From: Tubiluchus corallicola
Taxonomy: Eukaryota; Animalia; Priapulida
Assembly: GCA_030141605.1 (NCBI GenBank)
Contig: JAQGDQ010001003.1
Span: 1 to 64,000 of the forward strand
Length of the DNA stretch: 64,000 bases
Direction of reading: 5' to 3'
Shown here: positions 1 through 12,959 of the stretch, one piece after another
Numbering within the stretch: the first letter of the stretch is position 1
How the letters are laid out: each line of letters starts with the position of its first letter
Made by a program: the position numbers and the translations under genes
Notes under the pieces: generated by a model
What the model was told of the DNA's origin: nothing
Database searches by the model: none
What the model saw: only the letters and a program-made list of their open reading frames with translations

Positions 1-1051
1 GCGAGATTAATTTCTTTGTCAAATATTTGCTTGCTTATAGTAGTTTTTTCTTTACGGAACACTGAAAAATATCATTTTGAAGTACATAACATACTCTAAA
101 CTATAAATAACATTCTGTAGCGGATAGCCCTATAGGCTGAATAGGCTGAAGCCTAAGGCCCGGGATCAAAAGGGGCCCGGCAAAATAAAACGAAAAAAAT
201 TTTTTTTTGTAAAAAAAATAAATTGACAAAAGAGCAAGGGGCCCGCCAAAATAAAATATAGAAAAAAGTTTTTTTTCAAAAGTCAGTCACTATATTTCAA
301 ATCGGGTTTACACAAATCAAGTTTACACAATTTAAGTTTACACAATTCACGTTTACACAGTTTAAGTTTAAGTTCAAAATTTCAGTTTCCGAATTTTTCT
401 GGGGGCAAAGTCAGTTATAATTTCTGAAAAGTCCATTTTTTTCACATATTGACTCAATATTTTATCACAATCGGTGGGCAAAAACTCACAAAATTAAACA
501 AACTTACAAACGACGAGAGCTCCACAAAAACACGTCAGCTCAGCAGTGTAGCAACATTTAAAAGGCCCGTTCCAAGCTCAAGCCTAAGGCCCATAAAATC
601 ATAATCCGCCGCTGAATAGGACGCCGTCATACAGAATTTATATAATAATTACTACAATCAGTAACAGTTGTAGGTATTCGGCTACTGAAAAATATCATTT
701 TGAAGTACATAACATACTCTAAACTATAAATAACATTAAGTACGTAAAAGCACGCGTATTGTTTTAATTATTCTGCTATTAAGTTTGCTCTCATAAATTC
801 GCCAACTTTGGCTCATAAACTTACATGGCAAGCCAAGTAGCCATTATGGGTACAATTGTTTTTATTTGATTATTGTTACAAAAATATTAATATTGCAAAA
901 ACTATTATGAAAGTGCAAAGTCTAGTTTAAGGGGTAGCATTACGGGTAATAAGTTGAAGGATGATATCCAATAATTCTGGTGAAACTGTTTTCAACTGTT
1001 ACCGTATAGTTGACTAATGTTCACATGTTTGACTATCTGAATAAGTACATC

Positions 1052-1996
1052 CATAGGCGTATGAGCCATGGGGCTGGAGTGTCTGCAGCCGCCCCATCCC
1101 CCCCACCCCACCCCCCAGATTCGAGCAAGCACATTTTTTCGCACAACCACCAGTTTTTTCGGACAGTTTTATAAAAATAAAATAATATTTTTCTAAAAGG
1201 AAATCTCAAAAATTGTCCTTGCCGCCAAATGAAATGTCCAAAATCCGTGTTGTCGTAATTTTTTATCATGGAGTAGGGTGAGGCAATTCCCTACACGAAA
1301 CTTTTTTCGAGTTGGCGCTGTATTTCTCAGGCAAAAGCTGGCTCAGATCTTGTAATGCTTGTGGACCTAGTAGTTAAGGACCTATTATCTGTTATCAACG
1401 GGCAACGGCGGCTTGTAGCTAAACTTACTGTGGGGTGCTGCTTCAGAAAATTTTTAGCCATTGTTTTAATACCGTGTAAAACGTAACATAGGTAATTTTA
1501 ATGTTGTAGTTATATTTGAAGATCAGGTGTTGAACGGGCTCTTTTCTTGACTGTAACTTTCTCTTGGAAAGACAACTGTGAAATATTAAGCTGTTGTAAT
1601 TCACTTACAGTCACAGAACTTATTTCCTGGGATGCAAGGCATCGATTATTAAATAATTTATGTTTTAAACACACACGCTAAGTTTACGCTTTATTATATC
1701 CACGAATATGACGGTACACGGTAAGCACGTGGCAATTGCTACAGTGATAGAAACAGTACTTTTCTACCTAGCAGCAGACGCTGGTGCACAGCCATGTGAG
1801 CATGCGCACATCAGTCAAACACCATGTTGCTTGGGCTGTGAAGCAAATTGTGCTTCCTTCGCATACTCTAGCTCCCCCACAAGTATAGAAAAAGAACTAA
1901 AGAAAAAAGACTTATTATACTGAATATTATCGATTATATTGAGTGAAAATATGGGGAGCTGCAGTTCCACAGTACCTACACACGAGTCGCCACTGC
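1052..1996. mobile_element. Possible hAT-like non-autonomous element (mirror about 5066-6010)
   Basis: Ends cataggcgta...ctgcagccgcccc and (reverse complement) cagtggcgactc...ctgcagctcccc share a loose terminal pattern; no TSD recognised. Confidence 0.3.
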
Positions 1997-2384
1997 TAAC
2001 GCGATCGGAAGTAATCCAGGTTATTTTTTTTTAGGTATCCAGGACCCATTTTTTTATTTTTTATTTGACCTTTATACATATATTACAATTGTATAAAAGA
2101 AAGAATCGGCAGGCGCATGCGCACTTACGCTGAAACTATCAGACATAAACAGATGCACAAAACTAAAGTTTATGAAAACAATTCCCTAAAATTGAATATC
2201 TCTCATTAAAAAGCTCCTAATAAAATGTACCTAAATATGAATTATACACTGTATACAACACGTTTTATGCAATAATTCGATTTGGAGAAACCCAATTACG
2301 CCAATGACAATCTTACATTTTTCAGATAAAGTTGCAATAGGGCAGTAAATTAACATTAGCTAATCATTTAGTGAAAACTGACGT

Positions 2385-3056
2385 TTAAAGCACAAGAACC
2401 CCCCCCCCATACTTAAGCTTAAAAAATTCGTCTCGAAATTTTATACCACTTATTACTTTTTTGTAAGCATGGCTTGCATCGGCAGTAACGCTGTATAAAA
2501 CGTGTAAATTTAAACTCCCGTGATGACCATTAGGCGTTAGGCGCCACCATTTTAATGGTAGGTCGTTTGAAACAAGTTTTGATAACATCGAGTAAAGCTT
2601 GAAAAAATAATCAGAGCATTCGTAGCATACATGTTGCTAATTAAGTAAAATTTTAAATTACTATATCTTGTCAATAAGATTAAAAATAAGTTTTTGGCTA
2701 GCGAGTGGCGCACCCTGGAGGATGAGTCAGCGACATTTTACCAATTGGCACAAACATTTTAAATTATTAGTCTACTTACATATGTCCTTCCAACAGGTAA
2801 GTGAGATGCTAAGTAATATAGATTTGCACGGAAAGTTTTTTAGGTCATAATTTAACATTACGTTTTCTTCCCCTGATTCAGTGATGTCATGTATTGGCAC
2901 CGTCGGAACAGTATCGCCGGAAATTTAAAATGCAAACAAACGAAAATTGCTTTCAACGCGAATACGATATGTGCATAAAATTGCTGTAAAGTAATGTAAT
3001 ATTTAAAGGCGATTTTTCCGAAGCCTACTTCAGGAGCCCCTTTTCTCGTCTTTTAA
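2385..3056. mobile_element. TTAA-flanked non-autonomous DNA element, family K1 (Kolobok-like)
   Basis: TTAA-AGCACAAGAA ... TTCTCGTCTT-TTAA. Related copies at 4006-4677 (mirror), about 17678-17887 (internally deleted), 22003-22581, 26530-26954 (inverted) and 57927-58384. Confidence 0.65.
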
Positions 3057-3810
3057 AAGATTAGGCCCATTAACTGCATTAGCACAGGTCGGCGACCTAA
3101 AATTATTGTTTTTTACAGAAGGAACTATAGATGAAGAAATGTTAATTTAACAAAATTACAATCGAGTTCAATTTTTCAGAATCTGTCACTTGGCTTACAA
3201 ATGGCCATATCAGCAGAACCGACAAGGCGGGTGTACTGATTCTGTCACTTCGCTTACTGTTGGCACATATCAGCAGAGCTGATCCGACACACGTATCAAG
3301 GCACAGCATGTTACTGGATACAAGGCTACAGCAACACTATTGTTTAAACTGTGGACACCGTTAACGGCATTAAGATTGCATAAGGTTCACTTAAAAAGTG
3401 ACTTCATTCTTGCTGGTGGCTGACACTCTCATTTCATTTTCGTTTCGTTGCGCAAATTTTAAGTAAAATGAGTAAGTGCGTCACGGTGACGAAGTCAAAG
3501 TTAAAACTTTATTTAGCTTATAATTTCGTGATTGTTTTAGCGACCTACATTGGCTTCGTTGATATCAAGAATGGTGCTTTAATGTTCGAGAAGGCGTGGA
3601 CGTGCGAGTATTACCGAAGCGAAGTAACGAAAATAACGAAACTACTGTACGATAGCGAAGTGCAATATGACGTCATCTATAACTTTATGCGTAGCGTTGA
3701 AGCAAGTGATGCAAAACCAACATGGCAGTGACGTCACTGATGTAACTCTCGTCACCCAGGCAACCGTGGACAATCTGCCATATTTGATATTGTTGAGTCA
3801 GCGTTGGCAA

Positions 3811-6800
3811 GAAGTGACAGAATCAGTACACCCGCCTTGTCGGTTCTGCTGATATGGCCATTTGTAAGCCAAGTGACAGATTCTGAAAAATTGAACTCGA
3901 TTGTAATTTTGTTAAATTAACATTTCTTCATCTATAGTTCCTTCTGTAAAAAACAATAATTTTAGGTCGCCGACCTGTGCTAATGCAGTTAATGGGCCTA
4001 ATCTTTTAAAAGACGAGAAAAGGGGCTCCTGAAGTAGGCTTCGGAAAAATCGCCTTTAAATATTACATTACTTTACAGCAATTTTATGCACATATCGTAT
4101 TCGCGTTGAAAGCAATTTTCGTTTGTTTGCATTTTAAATTTCCGGCGATACTGTTCCGACGGTGCCAATACATGACATCACTGAATCAGGGGAAGAAAAC
4201 GTAATGTTAAATTATGACCTAAAAAACTTTCCGTGCAAATCTATATTACTTAGCATCTCACTTACCTGTTGGAAGGACATATGTAAGTAGACTAATAATT
4301 TAAAATGTTTGTGCCAATTGGTAAAATGTCGCTGACTCATCCTCCAGGGTGCGCCACTCGCTAGCCAAAAACTTATTTTTAATCTTATTGACAAGATATA
4401 GTAATTTAAAATTTTACTTAATTAGCAACATGTATGCTACGAATGCTCTGATTATTTTTTCAAGCTTTACTCGATGTTATCAAAACTTGTTTCAAACGAC
4501 CTACCATTAAAATGGTGGCGCCTAACGCCTAATGGTCATCACGGGAGTTTAAATTTACACGTTTTATACAGCGTTACTGCCGATGCAAGCCATGCTTACA
4601 AAAAAGTAATAAGTGGTATAAAATTTCGAGACGAATTTTTTAAGCTTAAGTATGGGGGGGGGGTTCTTGTGCTTTAAACGTCAGTTTTCACTAAATGATT
4701 AGCTAATGTTAATTTACTGCCCTATTGCAACTTTATCTGAAAAATGTAAGATTGTCATTGGCGTAATTGGGTTTCTCCAAATCGAATTATTGCATAAAAC
4801 GTGTTGTATACAGTGTATAATTCATATTTAGGTACATTTTATTAGGAGCTTTTTAATGAGAGATATTCAATTTTAGGGAATTGTTTTCATAAACTTTAGT
4901 TTTGTGCATCTGTTTATGTCTGATAGTTTCAGCGTAAGTGCGCATGCGCCTGCCGATTCTTTCTTTTATACAATTGTAATATATGTATAAAGGTCAAATA
5001 AAAAATAAAAAAATGGGTCCTGGATACCTAAAAAAAAATAACCTGGATTACTTCCGATCGCGTTAGCAGTGGCGACTCGTGTGTAGGTACTGTGGAACTG
5101 CAGCTCCCCATATTTTCACTCAATATAATCGATAATATTCAGTATAATAAGTCTTTTTTCTTTAGTTCTTTTTCTATACTTGTGGGGGAGCTAGAGTATG
5201 CGAAGGAAGCACAATTTGCTTCACAGCCCAAGCAACATGGTGTTTGACGGATGTGCGCATGCTCACATGGCTGTGCACCAGCGTCTGCTGCTAGGTAGAA
5301 AAGTACTGTTTCTATCACTGTAGCAATTGCCACGTGCTTACCGTGTACCGTCATATTCGTGGATATAATAAAGCGTAAACTTAGCGTGTGTGTTTAAAAC
5401 ATAAATTATTTAATAATCGATGCCTTGCACCCCAGGAAATAAGTTCTGTGACTCTAAGTGAATTACAACAGCTTAATATTTCACAGTTGTCTTTCCAAGA
5501 GAAAGTTACAGTCAGGAAAAGAGCCCGTTCAACACCTGATCTTCAAATATGACTACAACATTAAAATTACCTATGTTACGTTTTACACGGTATTAAAACA
5601 ATGGCTAAAAATTTTCTGAAGCAGCACCCCACAGTAAGTTTAGCTACAAGCCGCCGTTGCCCGTTGATAACAGATAATAGGTCCTTAACTACTAGGTCCA
5701 CAAGCATTACAAGATCTGAGCCAGCTTTTGCCTGAGAAATACAGCGCCAACTCGAAAAAAGTTTCGTGTAGGGAATTGCCTCACCCTACTCCATGATAAA
5801 AAATTACGACAACACGGATTTTGGACATTTCATTTGGCGGCAAGGACAATTTTTGAGATTTCCTTTTAGAAAAATATTATTTTATTTTTATAAAACTGTC
5901 CGAAAAAACTGGTGGTTGTGCGAAAAAATGTGCTTGCTCGAATCTGGGGGGTGGGGTGGGGGGGATGGGGCGGCTGCAGACACTCCAGCCCCATGGCTCA
6001 TACGCCTATGGATGTACTTATTCAGATAGTCAAACATGTGAACATTAGTCAACTATACGGTAACAGTTGAAAACAGTTTCACCAGAATTATTGGATATCA
6101 TCCTTCAACTTATTACCCGTAATGCTACCCCTTAAACTAGACTTTGCACTTTCATAATAGTTTTTGCAATATTAATATTTTTGTAACAATAATCAAATAA
6201 AAACAATTGTACCCATAATGGCTACTTGGCTTGCCATGTAAGTTTATGAGCCAAAGTTGGCGAATTTATGAGAGCAAACTTAATAGCAGAATAATTAAAA
6301 CAATACGCGTGCTTTTACGTACTTAATGTTATTTATAGTTTAGAGTATGTTATGTACTTCAAAATGATATTTTTCAGTAGCCGAATACCTACAACTGTTA
6401 CTGATTGTAGTAATTATTATATAAATTCTGTATGACGGCGTCCTATTCAGCGGCGGATTATGATTTTATGGGCCTTAGGCTTGAGCTTGGGACGGGCCTT
6501 TTAAATGTTGCTACACTGCTGAGCTGACGTGTTTTTGTGGAGCTCTCGTCGTTTGTAAGTTTGTTTAATTTTGTGAGTTTTTGCCCACCGATTGTGATAA
6601 AATATTGAGTCAGATATGTTGAAAAAAATGGACTTTTCAGAAATTATAACTGACTTTGCCCCCAGAAAAATTCGGAAACTGAAATTTTTGAACTTAAACT
6701 TAAACTGTGTAAACGTGAATTGTGTAAACTTAAATTGTGTAAACTTGATTTGTGTAAACCCGATTTGAAATATAGTGACTGACTTTTGAAAAAAAACTTT

Positions 6801-7004
6801 TTTCTATATTTTATTTTGGCGGGCCCCTTGCTCTTTTGTCAATTTATTTTTTTTACAAAAAAAAATTTTTTTCGTTTTATTTTGCCGGGCCCCTTTTGAT
6901 CCCGGGCCTTAGGCTTCAGCCTATTCAGCCTATAGGGCTATCCGCTACAGAATGTTATTTATAGTTTAGAGTATGTTATGTACTTCAAAATGATATTTTT
7001 CAGT
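3811..7004. repeat. Right arm of the 6.9-kb inverted duplication
   Basis: gaagtgacagaatcagtac at 3811 is the reverse complement of the sequence ending at 3251; ...gatatttttcagt at 7004 mirrors actgaaaaatatc at 61. Confidence 0.97.
6448..6950. mobile_element. Non-autonomous hAT-like MITE (mirrored copy at about 115-614)
   Basis: Imperfect TIRs cagcggcggatta ... tatccgctacag and subterminal gggccc/gggccttaggct motifs; no ORF. Superfamily inferred from the CAG-nGGCGGA termini only. Confidence 0.5.
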
Positions 7005-7520
7005 AGCCGAATACCTACAACTGTTACTGATTGTAGTAATTATTGCATAAGTTATGTGTGACTGCATCCTATTGTTAATTGAAGTTTTCTAGCTGTTTAT
7101 TAATATTTTACGTTTCTAAATGAAGAATAAAGGAAGCTGAATACTGATTATTGAAATGCTTGATTATTGAAACACGTTACCTTGTCTGAAAGAACCATGA
7201 TATAATAGTATACAATTAATAATTTATGAATATTCATAAGAAAAAGGTACTGTTAAAATAAATGAAACACTTACCACGCAGTTTACAAGTGATTCAAATT
7301 TACTGATTTTTATTAAAGAACGCCATTAAACGCTAATGAATGAATGCTAATTCATAAACACTTACCAGACACAAACTTAAGACGAATCCACTCAGGTAGT
7401 GCATGATGATCTTCTGAGTATCTGTATATATATATATATATGTATATACATGTGTATATACGTATACATATATGTATATATATATATATATATATGTATA
7501 TAAGTAGGCAATTGGGAGTA

Positions 7521-7906
7521 CAGTGTTTCCTCTCTACTTCGCAGTTCGTTTATCGCCGACTCGCTGTTTCACGGGTTTTCAGAAATATTAATGTAAAATA
7601 TTTATCGCAGTATTTTCGCTGTTTCGCGGGTTTTTGCGGCACTCCGTGAAAATTACGTATCTAGGTTTAAGAGTTTAAAACATTTTTCTGAACATTTAAG
7701 TAAAGTTTTTTAAAAGGTACATGTACAGTATGGGAAAACTCATTCACGGAATGGGAAAGTGTTATGTATAAGAGTGTGGGGAGGGTTTATAAAGACTTAA
7801 AATAATTTATAACTACTAAAATAAGTATAGCGTTCCTACTTCGCGGAAATTCACTTATCGCGGGTGGGCCTGGAACGGAACACTCGCGATAAGTCAGGGA
7901 ACACTG
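7521..7906. mobile_element. Tc1/mariner-pogo (Tigger-like) MITE
   Basis: TA-cagtgtttcc ... gggaacactg-TA; TA TSD; second copy at 29848-30352. Confidence 0.8.
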
Positions 7907-8434
7907 TATTATTTGTCAGCACACCACAAGCAGTTTAGATAGTAAAGTGCACGTCTATAAAAAAACAACTAGTTTTATTTGAAATTGACGAATTTTCGGA
8001 AAAAGGTAGAGAGTCCAGATTGAGAGGACAAAAATGGCATCTGGGTAAAAAATGAAAAACGGCAAATGACACTTTTTTTGATATGCAATTTTAGAAAACC
8101 AAATTAGGAAGATGGATAGGGGATTTAACTACGGAACAGTTGTTTTGTTGTTGCTTCCTGAATTATTACTGCTGCTTTTCAAACAATTTTCATAACAATT
8201 TTTTGTTACAGGCACTTAAAAACATTTACAGGTAGAACACCGCAACTCGATTAAAACTTAAAACTTTTGATTTACATAATTAAAAATCGTGCCAAACGTT
8301 TATACACGATTTTTTAACTAATCGTAAATTGAAAGTTTTAATAAATTTGTGCTGTTTCCGTGTTCTGATCGAGTGGTTCGTCGCTAGTTTATTTGCGAAT
8401 ACAACAATATGAAGGTTTTTGTTTTGTCTTACAG

Positions 8435-8655
8435 GGAAGCTGTTGCTGGAGAGGTTGCAGTTTGATAACGAGTCGGGTTTTCGAACGACGGACGCCTCCG
8501 ACACGCTGGACAACAAGCTGATGCGCGCGGACGTCCAGCAGTCCATCGAGCAACTCTTTCACAAGCAGGCGAAATTGCGGGAATACTGGGAGGATCGGGC
8601 GGAACGACTGCAGTACAAAGTCGATTTGACTCACCTGGAGGAAGGAATGCAGAAG
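8435..8655 (+). CDS. SESTD1: SESTD1-like internal exon (GKLLLERLQ...LEEGMQK), phase 1 to 0
   Basis: Acceptor ttgtcttacAG, donor GTatgt; resembles vertebrate SESTD1 GHELLSELQ...LEEIQQK as recalled; joins the next exon in frame. Confidence 0.85.
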
Positions 8656-8847
8656 GTATGTGTTTGATGGTTTGTGTGGGTGGTGTCAGTAGGAGGGTGC
8701 CAGAATGCCAATTATAGGGGACATAGGAGATGGAATCAGCTTTTTATTTTTTTGTTAAAACTTATTATAATCTTTGATGGCAATTGACAGTGCGCTGCTT
8801 CTCTGCAGTTGACAACTGACATCACTGGTGAAAAAATGGATGCTCGA

Positions 8848-9080
8848 TTCAATTCAATTCAATTTATTTATTAACTCCGTAAGAATTATCAAAATACAGT
8901 ATTAGGAATACATGGAATACTATGTAACAATGGAGAAGGGCAGCGAGGAACCCACAGGCTATCTAGTCAGCCAGCCATAAATAGCTAGGATTAAGTAAAA
9001 TTAATTTTGGCACCGTTCTCAATTTAAATTTGAATTCTGTTGATGTAAGAGGAGAGATCAGGTGTGAAATGGTAATAGTA
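8848..9080 (-). mobile_element. 3' end of a non-LTR retroelement
   Basis: On the minus strand: aataaataaa followed by a (ttgaa)n tail, typical of CR1/L2-group 3' ends. Confidence 0.4.
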
Positions 9081-10241
9081 GCTGCCATTCTCTTGAAAAC
9101 TGTAACGCAACTGCTGAACTTCGTAACTTTCCGGAAGCGCATCGTGGCTTTTCGTAAGCGCGTCGTGGCTTTCCCTAAGCGCGTCGTGGCTTTCCGTAAG
9201 CGCATCGTGGCTTTCCGTGAGCGCATCGTGGCTTTCCGTGAGCGCATCGTGGCTTTCCGTGAGCGCATCGTGGCTTTCCGTAAGCGCATCGTGACTTTCC
9301 GTAGGAGCGTCGTGGCTTTCCCTAAGCGCGTCGTGGCTTTCCGTAAGTGCATCGTGGCTTTCCGTGAGCGCATCGTGGCTTTCCGTAAGCGCATCGTGGC
9401 TTTCCGTAAGCGCATCGTGGCTTTCCGTAAGCGCATCGTGACTTTCCGTAGGAGCGTCGTGGCTTTCCGTAAGTGCATCGTGACTTTCCGTAAGCGCATC
9501 GTGGCTTTCCGTAGACGCATCGTGGCTTTCCGTAAGCGCGCCGTGGCTTTCCGTAGGCGCGTCGTGGCTTTCCGTAAGTGCATCGTGACTTTCCGTAAGC
9601 GCATCGTGGCTTTCCGTAAGCGCATCGTGGCTTTCCGTAAGCGCATCGTGACTTTCCGTAGGAGCGTCGTGGCTTTCCCTAAGCGCGTCGTGGCTTTCCG
9701 TAAGTGCATCGTGGCTTTCCGTGAGCGCGTCGTGGCTTTCCGTAAGCGCATCGTGGCTTTCCGTAGGCGCGTCGTGGCTTTCCGTAAGTGCATCGTGACT
9801 TTCCGTAAGCGCGTCGTGGCTTTCCGTAAGCGCGTCGTGGCTTTCCGTAAGCGCATCGTGACTTTCCGTAAGCGCATCGTGGCTTTCCGTAAGCGCGTCG
9901 TGGCTTTCCGTAAGCGCGCGCGGTGCTGAAACTAATTCAAACTCTTGCAACTTACCTAACGTTCGTGTATCACAAAATTAGCTATCTAATTTTTCTGTAA
10001 AAACTTATTATACTTCGACGTAGACTGACTGGACGCTACTTTTCTTCAGGACGAATGACGTCATTGGAAGAAGAATGGGCAGTGAAAATGAAAGCACCCA
10101 AGCATGAAGTGATCATGACTTTAAAGTGATTTTACTAATTGCACGAGGCACTTATCACACTTTTATTATTAAATCTTTCTAGCATTTTCCACGAACGTTG
10201 AATTAAGCCTAAGTTTCAAGAAAGGTTGACTTTTCCTTTAA
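9081..10241. mobile_element. Dispersed TTAA-ended element hosting an expanded 21-bp minisatellite; sister copy about 18762-19284
   Basis: Both flanks of the array align with 18893-19284 (aaactaattca...aattagctatctaatttttt...acacttttatta...taagcctaa); ends in ccttTAA. Confidence 0.7.
9120..9920. repeat. 21-bp minisatellite (catcgtggctttccgtaagcg), about 38 units
   Basis: Direct tandem array; source of the LTESHDA, MRLRKAT and FRKRIVA ORFs. Confidence 0.97.
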
Positions 10242-10550
10242 AGAAGAAGCATTGTGAGATTTCACCGAATTGAATTTAGCTGTGTTGCCTTTTATAATGA
10301 ACTGACAAAGAAGTGGAGAGGGGGAATTCCAGGTATTCTTCCAAGCCTGGATTGATTCGAACAGTATTTTTTTGGGTCTTAGCGTTTTTAGTGCACGATG
10401 TTTAGCGTTTTTTTAGTTTGCTCGTTTAAGCAGAATGTGCACTCTGTCAGTCAGGCACTTGCGTCTCTCCCACCAGGTGGCACATTCTGTCCTTTTGGAT
10501 AATGCAGTGTTAGTCATTCTGACGTGTTTCGGTTCTCTTGCAGGTAGTTG

Positions 10551-11190
10551 TCTAATGTCTTTATCTGCCCTACCAAATGTCTTTGTTGGCCCTACCAAGT
10601 GTCTTTATCTACCGTACCGAATGTCCAAGTGTCTTTATCTACCGTACCGAATGTCTTTATCTGCCCTACCAAATGTCTTTGTTGGCCCTACCAAGTGTCT
10701 TTATCTACCGTACCGAATGTCCAAGTGTCTTTATCTACCGTACCGAGTGTCTTTATCTGCCCTACCAAATGTCTTTGTTGGCCCTACCAAGTGTCTTTAT
10801 CTACCGTACCGAATGTCCTTATCTGCTCTACCAAATGTCTTTGTTGGCCCTACCAAGTGTCTTTATCTACCGTACCGAATGTCCTTATCTGCCCTACCAA
10901 GTGTCTTTATCTACCGTACCGAGTGTCTTTATCTGCCCTACCAAATGTCTTTGTTGGCCCTACCAAGTGTCTTTATCTACCGTACCAAATGTCTTTATCT
11001 GCCCTACCAAAAGTCTTTGTTGGCCCTACCAAGTGTCTTTATCTGCCAAACCGAATGTCCTTATCTGCCTTACCAAATGTCTTTATCTGCCCTACCGAAT
11101 GTCCTTGTCTTCCCTACCGAATGTCTTTATCTACCCTACCGAATGTCTTTGTCCTCCATACCAAATGTCTTTATCTGCCCTACCGAATGT
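10551..11190. repeat. About 22-bp minisatellite (ccctaccaaatgtctttatctg)
   Basis: Tandem array; same family as 16103-16731. Confidence 0.95.
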
Positions 11191-11253
11191 CCTTTTCTGT
11201 CCTTTCGGATGATGCAGTGCTAGTCATTCTGATGTGTTTCGGTTCTTTTGCAG

Positions 11254-11376
11254 GTAGTTGATTGGATACTAGGCGAAGGTGAAACGTTGCTGTCCGTTCC
11301 GCAGGACATTGGCGATTGTTACGAAATAGCAGAGGAACTCAGGGAGCAACACGAGGAAATGGAGATGGAGTGTACC
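11254..11376 (+). CDS. SESTD1: SESTD1-like exon (VVDWILGEG...EMECT), 123 bp, phase 0-0, spectrin repeat
   Basis: ttcttttgcAG / GTgagt; matches recalled SESTD1 VVNWLEGPG...IGDS...QKHEEIE. Confidence 0.92.
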
Positions 11377-11420
11377 GTGAGTTGTTTATTTGTTTGTTTT
11401 GTTTCCTTATTTGTTATTTG

Positions 11421-12029
11421 TGTGCTTGCATACCGAAACCGTCCATAAGTTGGCATAGTTAAAACTATGTTATAATGCTTCAAAGTAGAATAACCCAAAA
11501 ATTTGGTAAAAATAAATCAATTTTTTGTGTTTTATAAAAACCAATGCTAAATATGTTGGAGTTTTATATTCTAGCATAACGTTTTTAAGAAAGTCTTCAA
11601 AAACTACTAAAAATTTATTTTTATAACTCCTTACACACTTTAATGGCTAGAAACTAGTACTGCAATTGTAAAAAACTCCTATTTTCAAACTCTGATAGTG
11701 GCTCCTAGACGCTGTCGTTTTGCTTCAGGTTTTTTTCGTTGCCTAGCCTAGAACTTCAATGTGTTCTTGCAAAGTTCGTAACAACCCACATTTGTGTGGT
11801 TGCTAAGCGACAAAAAACAATGGCTGACTTTAACAGTGATTTTCTCAAGATTACGTTTTTCAGTGTGTAACCTGCATCTCAATTTCAACCTGGATTATCT
11901 CATCTTAGAAATAACATAGAGCGATAAACTTGGTGTCAAAATGATCCTCATGAAATGGAGATTCAGGATATGTGAATACTTAAAAAGGCTTAGTTGCTGA
12001 CTTTTGAACAATTTTGTTGTGCAAGCACA
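11421..12029. mobile_element. MITE with TGTGCTTGCA termini, copy 1
   Basis: TIR gtgcttgcatac...gtccataagt / ...tgcaagcaca; inverted copies at 15173-15798 and 27193-27852. Confidence 0.75.
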
Positions 12030-12172
12030 TTTACGAAAATAGATTCATGTACACCATGTCCTCGAACGGCCCATCCAAGATCATTTAGTACAAGCCATTT
12101 TTTCACTCATAAAATGTACTAAAATATTTCTAACTTTGTACATGCGTATGACAGATTTTGATGTCTTGTTAG

Positions 12173-12364
12173 GGGGTGTACTCGAGTTACGCAGACCTGC
12201 ACCAGAAGGCGGACATGTTGGCGATAGCGGAGAATTCCGGCTACGATGATTTGCTGGCGTTGAAAGAGTACATGGATCTAGCCTGCCGGAATTTTGCCTC
12301 CCGTCTGGAGCGGAGGCGGAACATGGTCATCACTTCTTGCCACTTCCACAAACTAGTCAGCGAG
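12173..12364 (+). CDS. SESTD1: SESTD1-like exon (GVYSSYADL...FHKLVSE), phase 0-0
   Basis: ttgttAG / GTtagt; 192 bp; ACRNFASRLERRRN resembles recalled VCYRQASQLEFRQN. Confidence 0.9.
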
Positions 12365-12959
12365 GTTAGTGATGCACCCACAGTGTTGTAGCTAAGGGCA
12401 GGGGGGGGGGGGGCAGTCCATCAGGGGGCACTTCCATAAAATGCGCGAAATGCTGATTGTGTCGGAACAGTCAAAAGGCAAATTACCTGACACAAATTTC
12501 CAGGAAAACTCCTCTCACAGCTTTGCAAATTTGCAACAAAGGAAGACAATAATGTGTAATGTTTACTTTGTTATGATAGTTGTATATCTAATGTTTAAAA
12601 CTCAAAGTATGTTGCTGTATGGTATTTTTAATCCCTGCAGGGACAGTAAGCGTTTGCTGCATTTTGCACATGTTCCTGAAAAACTGCTCTGACCAACCAG
12701 CAATTTCGTTATATTTGATAATTTTTGTAGGTCTCTATTCCCCGCACAGTGGGTTTTCATGCAAAATAATGTGTGAAATGCATTTGCTTACCTTAGATGA
12801 ATTAGAAATCGATTTTTGGCGAAAATTTAAAAAAAGATTTCAGTAACTACTGCAGTATTTGCACTGTAATGTACAGTATCTCTTGTGTGAAATCGGCCAA
12901 TGCAGGAAATTTCAACCGTCCAGACACAACACTCTGATATACTTTGGCCTCAATTCTAC

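Larger units (their letters stand above)
61..3251. repeat. Left arm of a 6.9-kb inverted duplication (palindrome)
   Basis: Reverse complement of 3811-7004. Four ORF pairs in the track mirror around position 3531 (coordinates sum to 7062). About ten differences seen by eye. Confidence 0.97.

Noticed and set aside
1033-6029. Mirrored short ORFs (60-78 aa)
   Set aside because: They fall in MITE or repeat DNA, have no recognisable homology and are duplicated only because of the palindrome.
61-7004. Palindrome as a giant TIR transposon or Polinton
   Set aside because: No TSD, no transposase or polymerase, and the arms are ordinary intronic mosaic DNA that continues beyond the right arm.
8963-9950. 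Three ORFs of about 300 aa on both strands (LTESHDA, MRLRKAT, FRKRIVA repeats)
   Set aside because: Translations of a stop-free 21-bp minisatellite inside an intron; no unique coding context.
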